Positions 57,462-64,000 of a stretch of 64,000 nucleotides of DNA are shown here, in pieces (the stretch's first letter is position 1; every line of letters begins with the position of its first letter). The stretch is from assembly GCA_014905635.1 (NCBI GenBank), contig CM026547.1, positions 2,356,001 to 2,420,000 on the forward strand. The letters are read 5' to 3'. Made by a program: the position numbers and the translations under genes. The notes under the pieces are model-generated. The model was given only the letters and a program-made list of their open reading frames with translations, was not told the origin of the DNA and made no database searches. This DNA is from Scenedesmus sp. PABB004 (Eukaryota).

Positions 57462-60400
57462 GTCTGCTGCTGCTGCGCCGCGCCGCCGCTGCCTGCCGCG
57501 GCGCCTGCCGCGGCGCCCGCCGCGGCGGTTGGCTGGCGCGCCGCCGGCGCGGGCTCGCTGCCGGGCTGCAGGTGGCGGTGCCGCCACTCGTCGCCGGGCG
57601 GGCAGTCGGGGCGGGAGCGGAACTGGCAGGGCGCGGCCATGCCGCAGGCGAGCGGGTGCTGCAGCACCCAGCTGTACTGCGTGAGGTTGACGTCGGGGCG
57701 GCGCTGCGGCGGCGACGTGAACCCCGGTGCGGTGAACGCCGCGCCCAGGCGGCGCTCCGGCGGCGTGAGGTCGGAGCCCTGCTTGAGCAGCAGCTGCTTC
57801 ATGAGGTCCACCAGGAAGTCAAAGCAGGCGCCCATCTGGCAGAGGGGCAGGGAGGCAAGGGGGGGGGGGGGGAGGGGGGGTCAGCGGGCGCGGCGCGGGC
57901 GCCGGCGCTGGCGCTGGCGCCGGCGCGGCGGGGCGCGCGCCCCACGTTGTGGCTGGAGTCGAGGCAGTTTGTGTCGCCCAGCACCGCGACGGACCCCTTG
58001 CCGCTGGGCGTGATGCCAAAGCTCGCGTACTCGCCCGGCACGCCCGCGCCCTTGCCCGCGACGTCGGTGAGCGCCGAGGTGTGCAAGAAGCCGCCCGCCG
58101 GAAACTTGGCGATGTTGGAGCCGTAGAAGAGCTGCGGGCGCGGCGCCAGGTCAGCAGCGGCCAGGTCAGCCGAGGCCAGGCCGGCGGCACGCCCGCGCGG
58201 CCGCGCGCCCGCATGCCGCGCGTGCGCCGCGAGCGCGCCGCGGGCGCGCCTGCACGCTGTGCTTGCCGAGCTGCACGGTGCCCTGCAGGATGCGCTCGCC
58301 GAGCGTGACGGCGTGCGGGGCGAGCAGGTCGTTGAGCGCGGGGACGTTGGCGCCGCCGGTGATGGGCGTCCACCAGCTGCGCGTGTTGTCGTCAAAAAAC
58401 TTCATCGCGCGCAGGCTCTCCTCGTGGTACCTGGCCGGCCGGCGGTCGCACGCGGCGGTCGGCGCGGTCGGCAGGGGTGCAGGGGCGCGGGCCCGAGGGC
58501 GGGCTCCGCGGCGGGCGCCGCGGCCGCGCCGCGCCGCGGGCCGCCGCGCGCACCACTCCGCGAAGACCACGAGCGCCATGCCCTGCTCCTTCACCGCCGC
58601 CGCGAGCGCGTCGACCTCCTCCCTGCCGCGGCGGCGGCGGCGGCGGCGCGCTCGGCGCCCGCGCCCGCGCGCCGCGCCCGCGCGCCGCACGCGCGGCGCG
58701 CCGCCCCTGCCCGCCGCCGGCCACGCCGTGCCGCGGGGCGTTGGGCTCGCGCGCTGGGCGCGGTCTGACCTGTACCACTCCTCCTCTGCGTCGAGCACCA
58801 GGTAGGCGCCGTAGTTGGCCGCGTCGAAGCACGTCCCCGGCGCGCTGAGCACCTCGACGAAGAAGCCCGCGCGCACGAGCGCGTTGAAGGCGTCGTGGTA
58901 GTTGGTGTACGGGTGGTCGCCGTGCCAGTCGAGCACGTCGCTCTGCGGGGGGGGGGGGGGGGGTCAAGAGGCGCGCGCGGGGGCGCGCGGGTCAAGAGGC
59001 ACGCGCGGCGCGCAGGCAGCGCAGGCAGAGAGGCGGCGGCGCGCCGCCGCCGGGGCCACGCCGCCACCGCCGCCCCGCCCCCCCCCCCCCCCCCATCTCC
59101 CGACACACACCGCCACCGCCGCGCGCGCACCTTGACGTCGAGGTTGTCGCGCGGCACGTAGCCGGGCGGGTACTTGATGCTGTGCAGCACGTCCCACACC
59201 ACGCGGCGCTGCCGCGGCGGCGTGGGCGCGATGACCGCGCTCAGCGGCACGCTCACGGTGCTGGTCTGGTTGGACCCGCCCGCGCCCATGCGGGGCGGGC
59301 TGACGATCGTGAACGTCACGCGGCCGGTCGCGTTGCCGCTGAAGTTCCACGCCGCCGGCGACACCTGCGCGCACGGGCACGCGGCGGTGGCGCCGCGCCG
59401 CCGCGCGCGGCCGAGGCACCGGGGCGCGGCGGGGCGCGCGGCGCGCGCACGCGCGGCGGCGGCGCGCGCCTGGACGTGCACCGCGAGGAAGCCGGACCAG
59501 GGCCAGAGCACGTCGCTGTGGGTGAAGGTCACGTGCAGGAGCTTGCCCGCGGCGTTGGTCGCCTCGTAGCGCGGCGGGCCCGCAAAGTAGCCGGTGTTGG
59601 CCATGCCGTTGATGACGGTGCCGTTGAGCACGAGCGGCAGGCCAAACGCGTAGAGGGGCTGGGTGCAGTGCGGCCACACGTAGGGGCAGTCGGCGAGGTG
59701 CAGCGCGGGCGGGATGAGCGACGCGCGGGGCGTGTAGCTCGCCAGGATGGCCTGGCTGGCGGGCAGGTTGATGCGGCCGTTGCCCTGCTCGTGCATGTTG
59801 AGCCCCGGCAGCCGCGCCGCGCCCTCCACCAGTGCCTGCTTCATCGACGCCGGGTTGAGCAGCTGGCGCCGCGGCGGCGTGCGGCGTGTGGGCGGGGCGC
59901 GCGGCGGCGCCGGCGGCAGTTCGCCACCCCGGCACCACCCCCGCCGCGCGGCGCGCGCCTCACCCAGCGCCGCTCCTCCGGCAGCGTGCTCGCGAGCAGG
60001 CAGACCGCGCCCGCGACGACGGGGCTGGCCACGCTCGTGCCGCTGAGGCTGCGGCAGCCGGTCGTGATCTTGCTGCCCGTCACGTCCTTGGCGTACGCCA
60101 TGACGTCGGGCTTGATGCGCCCTGCGCGGCGGAGCGGCGGTCAGCGGCCCGGCGGCCCGGCGGCCCCGGGCGGCCCCGGGCGCGCGGCGCGGCGCGTGTG
60201 CCCGCCGCCGCCGGCGCGTCGCCGCGCCCGCCGCGCCCGCGCGGCGCACCCGTGCCGGTGGGCAGCTCCCAGGTCGTCATGCCGCGGCTGGAGAAGCCGG
60301 CGATCGCGTCGGCGTTGTCGATGCCCCCGACGCCGACGACGTCGGGCTGGTCGGCGGGGTTGTTGAGCGTGCCGTAGAGGGGGCCGTCGTTGCCGATCGC

Positions 60401-61430
60401 GCTGACCATGATGAGCCCGTTGCTCGTGACCTCGCGCACCTTGTCCACAAAGGGCGCGTCCAGGAAGTCGGGGCCCCCGATGGAGAGGTTTATGACAGTC
60501 AGGCGGCTCGCGATCGCGTAGTTGAAGGCGTCCAGGAACCAGCTCGTGTAGCTCACCTGGTCGTCGGTAAACACCTGCGGCCGGGGGTGTTGGGCGAGCG
60601 CGAGGGTGAGCGCGAGCGAGGGGCGGCTCCTCGGCGCGGGCGCCGCGCGCGCAGCGCACAGCGCAGCGCGAGCGCGGGCCGCCCCGCGCGGGCGGCGGCG
60701 CGCGCCTTGAAGGTGTAGAGCTCGACGTCTGGCGCAAAGCCGGGGCAGGCCTCGTCCTGGCTGCCGATCACGCCCGCCACGAAGCTGCCGTGCCCGAGGC
60801 CGTCGCTGAGCGAGTCCTGGTGCGTCCAGTTGGTGCGCTCCTTGATGTGCCGGATGTGGGGGTGGCCCTCGCGGATGCCGGTGTCAAACACGCCCACGCG
60901 GATGCCCTTGCCGCTGTGGCCCTGCTCCCAGAGCTTGCCCGCCTCCAGCAGCGTCGTCACGCGCGTGTCGGGCCCCGCCGCGAGGCCGCGGCGCTGCGCG
61001 GCGGGCCGCCGCCCCGCGAGCGCCGCGAGCAGCCGGCCCACGCTCGCGAGCCGCCGCCCGCGGCGCCGCCGGCGCAGCTCCTCCTTGCCCCCGCCGGCCT
61101 CACGGTCGGCCGGGTTGGCAGGGTCCAGCCCGATGGTGGGCTTGGTGCGCAGCCGCCCGGGCGGCTTGCTCACGGCCCAGATGTCGCCCCACTCGTCCTC
61201 GGCGGTCGCGTTGTCGCCCGGCTCCGCCGCCTGCTCCTGCTGCCCCTGCGCCGCCGCCTCGGGCGAGGGCGCCGGCGGCGTCCCGCTGGCGCCGGCGGCA
61301 GCGGGCTCGCCGTCCGCGAGCAGGTGCCGCGACGCCGCCGGCGCGTCGCCCTGCTCGACGGGCTCGCGGTGCAGCCTCAGGCCCGCCGCGTCGCCGCGCA
61401 GCGCCGCGTGCGGCTGCCCCTGCCCCTGCC

Positions 61431-61471
<41 letters not shown>

Positions 61472-62096
61472 CGCCCCGGCGCCTGCGCCGCGCCGCGCTC
61501 GACGTGGGTGAACGCGCTCGCCAGCGGCTCCTCCGGCTGCCAGTTGAGCAGGCCGCGGATGCGGCGGTCGGGGTGCACGTCCCGGAAGCCGGGCACGCTG
61601 CGCAGCGCCGCCTGCAGCGCCGCAAGCGCCGGGGCCGCCACGCTCAGCAGCGCAAAGTCCGAGGGCAGCGCCGCCGCGCGGTTGGGCCGGTCCAGCCACG
61701 CCCACTGCTCCGCCAGCGGCGCCAGGGCCTGTGAGGCGGTGCGCGCGCCCGAGCGTGAGCGGCGCCCGGCGCGCCCCCGCCGGCGCCTGCGAGCGCGCGC
61801 CGCCGCCGCTGCCGCCGCGCGCCCACCTGCGTGAGCGCGGCCTTGTGCTCGTGCAGCATCCTGTACTGGCTGAAGCGCACGATGTGGGTGGACCAGCCGC
61901 CCGCGGCCTCGGCCTCGCACCGCTCGACCCCGCACTCGCCGCTGTCGGCGCCCGCCGGCGCCGCGCAGCTGCCCCCGCCGCGGCCGGCCGCTTCGTCGGC
62001 TCCGCACGTCCGCACGCCGGCGCTGGCCCGCGCCAGCAGGCAGAGCAGCAGCAGCGCTGCCGCCGCGCGCGCCGCGCCGCCGCCGCCGCAGCGCAT
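56879..62096 (-). CDS. MBTPS1: Site-1 protease (SKI-1/MBTPS1/SBT6.1 subtilase); about 11 exons
   Basis: Signal peptide; catalytic [21 protein letters not shown] and GTSVASP. S1P-specific [40 protein letters not shown] and [13 protein letters not shown]-terminal TM. Confidence 0.97.
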
Positions 62097-62951
62097 GGTC
62101 GCGTCCTGGCGCGGCGCCCCTTAGCACGAGCGCACCTGCATGCTGCCTCGCCGCGGCGCCCCTGCGGACGCACGCGCGCGGCGCGGCGCGTCGGGCGGGG
62201 CACGGGGCAGCAGCAGCGCGGCGCAACCGCCGCCGCCGCCGGCCGGGCCGGTGCCGGCCGCTGCCCGCGCCGCGCCGCCGCGCTGGCGGCAGGGCCGCGC
62301 CCGCTGCCGATGCCGCTCAGGGGCGCGGGGACGCGCAGGAGCCGCACCTCGCGGGTGGTTGAGGGAGAGGCTGCTGCGCCCGCTCCTGCAGTGCCGGGGC
62401 TGCCGCAAACTGGCTCCCGGTTCCTGGCGCCTGACAGGGATGATGTCACAAGCCCCCCTCCGGAGCGCACGGCCGGCCTTGACGGCGGAGTTCGACTTGC
62501 CCGCGGCCGCTCGGCGCGCTGGGCGGCCGTGCGGGCCCAGGGCGCTGCTGGTGAGGGCGCCGGGATCGGCGGTGTGCTGGAGACGCGGCGCGGGCGGGCC
62601 ACGGCTCGCGGGCGCAGCGGCGGGGCCCATCAATCGGCGCGCCGCTGTGCCCTGCTGGATTTTGACACGCGAACGGCGCGCGGGGCCATTCGATCGGCGC
62701 GAGCACGAACGCACTCCCTCCGACACAGCGGCGCCGCTCGCCAGGCGCCCCACAGGCCTCGCCCCGCCCGCGCGCCAGCAGCCCGCGCCCCCAAGCACCC
62801 CCGCCGCCCACGCGGCCGCTCTTCGTCGCTTCGACCGATCCCGCGCCGCCGCCGGACGCGCCGCGGTCCCTAGCAGCCGGCGGGCTGCGGCGGGCGCCCT
62901 CTGCTGCTGCCCCGGCCGCCTGCCGCAGCGTCCGTCGCTGGCGCGGGCGCC

Positions 62952-63820
62952 ATGGGCGACCAGTTCTACCTGCGCTACTACGTGGGGCACACCGGCAAAT
63001 ACGGGCACGAGTTCCTGGAGTTCGAGTTCAGGCCTGATGGCGAGGTGCGCCCCCGCCCGCTGCGCGCCCCCTGGCGGGCCCGGCGGCCGCCCGGGCGGGA
63101 GATCAGGGCCCAGGCGCAGCCCTCCCGCGCCGGCGGCGCCGGCCGCCGCTCCGGCGCGGCGCGGCGGGCGCGCGCGCGCGGGAGCAGCGGCGGCGCCGCC
63201 GCGGGCGCCGGCGGCCCCACGCGCCGGCGGCGGCGGCGCGCGCAGATGCGCTACCGCAACAACTCAAACTACAAGAACGACACGGAGATCCGGAAAAAGG
63301 CGCACGTGTCGCAGGCGGTGCTGGACGAGCTGAAGCGCATCATCGAGGACGCCGAGGTGCGCGCGCGGCGCGCGGTGCGCGGCGCCGGCGCGCTGCGGCG
63401 GCGCCGGCGGCGGCGAGGCGGGCCCAGGCGTCGGCAGCAGCCGGCGCCGGGGCAGCAGCTGGCGGCGGGGCAGCAGCCGGGGGGGGGGGGGGCAGCAGCC
63501 GGCGGCGGGGCAGCAGCCGGCGGGGGGGGGGGGGGGGCAGCAGCCGGCGGCGCGCAAGCGCGCGGCGCGCCGCCGTGCCGCCGCGCCGACCCGCCGCCGC
63601 CGCCGCCGCCGCGCCCGGGCGTCGGTGCGCGCGTGTTGCGCAGATCATGAAGGAGGACGACAACAACTGGCCCATGCCGGACCGCGTGGGCAAGCAGGAG
63701 CTGGAGATCAAGATGAACGGCGAGCACATCTGCTTCAACACGACCAAGCTCGGCAGCGTGCTGCAGGTGCAGCAGAGCAAGGACCCGGACGGCCTGCGGA
63801 TATTCTACTACCTCGTGCAG
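62952..63820 (+). CDS. MAGO: Mago nashi, exon junction complex core; first 3 exons, last exon lies beyond the window
   Basis: [49 protein letters not shown] and [13 protein letters not shown], followed by a GT donor at 63821. Confidence 0.97.
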
Positions 63821-64000
63821 GTGACGCCCGCTGGCACGAGCACAGCACGGCGCGCAGCACACACAGCACGCAGCACGCACCGCAGCACACAGCGGGAGGC
63901 GCAGGCGGCGCGGCGCAGCGGCGGCGGCGCAGCGGCGGCGGCAGCAACGGCGGCAGCGCAGCGGCAGAGCGGCAGCACAGCGCTGGCGAGCACGCGGGCG

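Noticed and set aside
4097..62096. Functional gene cluster (trafficking: WDR11, VPS36, S1P; glycosylation: GT13, MPI; cilia: TTBK, WDR11)
   Set aside because: The genes are interspersed with unrelated housekeeping genes, and there is no sequence evidence for co-regulation.
109..63822. Introns as a family of introner elements
   Set aside because: Beyond the donor hexamer, branch-like motif and CGCAG end, I see no shared internal sequence or terminal inverted repeats among introns.
1..64000. Hundreds of long overlapping or antisense ORFs rich in Arg/Ala/Pro/Gly (e.g. 25995-29153, 26422-29094, 48015-50693)
   Set aside because: Stop codons are rare at this GC content. These are shadow frames of the real spliced genes and show no domain motifs.

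Overview
Eukaryotic nuclear DNA with extreme GC content (roughly 80% by eye) and very dense, intron-rich genes. Gene content, TGTAA poly(A) signals and an OPR-like gene point to a chlorophyte green alga; Sphaeropleales is my inference. I reconstructed about 22 protein genes by hand, nearly all spliced: ATAD3 (3' end), a GT13/GnT-I-like protein, WDR11, plastid ribosomal S20, GPC1, TAF4, a small plastid-type protein, a formin, two coiled-coil/low-complexity proteins, a patatin, a TTBK/CK1-like kinase, phosphomannose isomerase, an OPR-like protein, an Aurora-like kinase, a WD40 protein, an HA-domain protein, a MYND protein, VPS36, site-1 protease, Mago nashi (5' part) and one orphan ORF. Most long ORFs in the six-frame track are GC artefacts. 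No rRNA, tRNA, CRISPR array or transposon is supportable. The most unusual signals are the intron grammar (about 15 of roughly 80 introns need GC donors, one may use a GA donor, and poly-C tracts precede acceptors), a UBA domain inserted in VPS36, an OTU-like plus HA protein, a candidate bicistronic locus, and six apparent frameshifts at C/G runs that are probably assembly errors. Exon boundaries are manual and lack RNA support.
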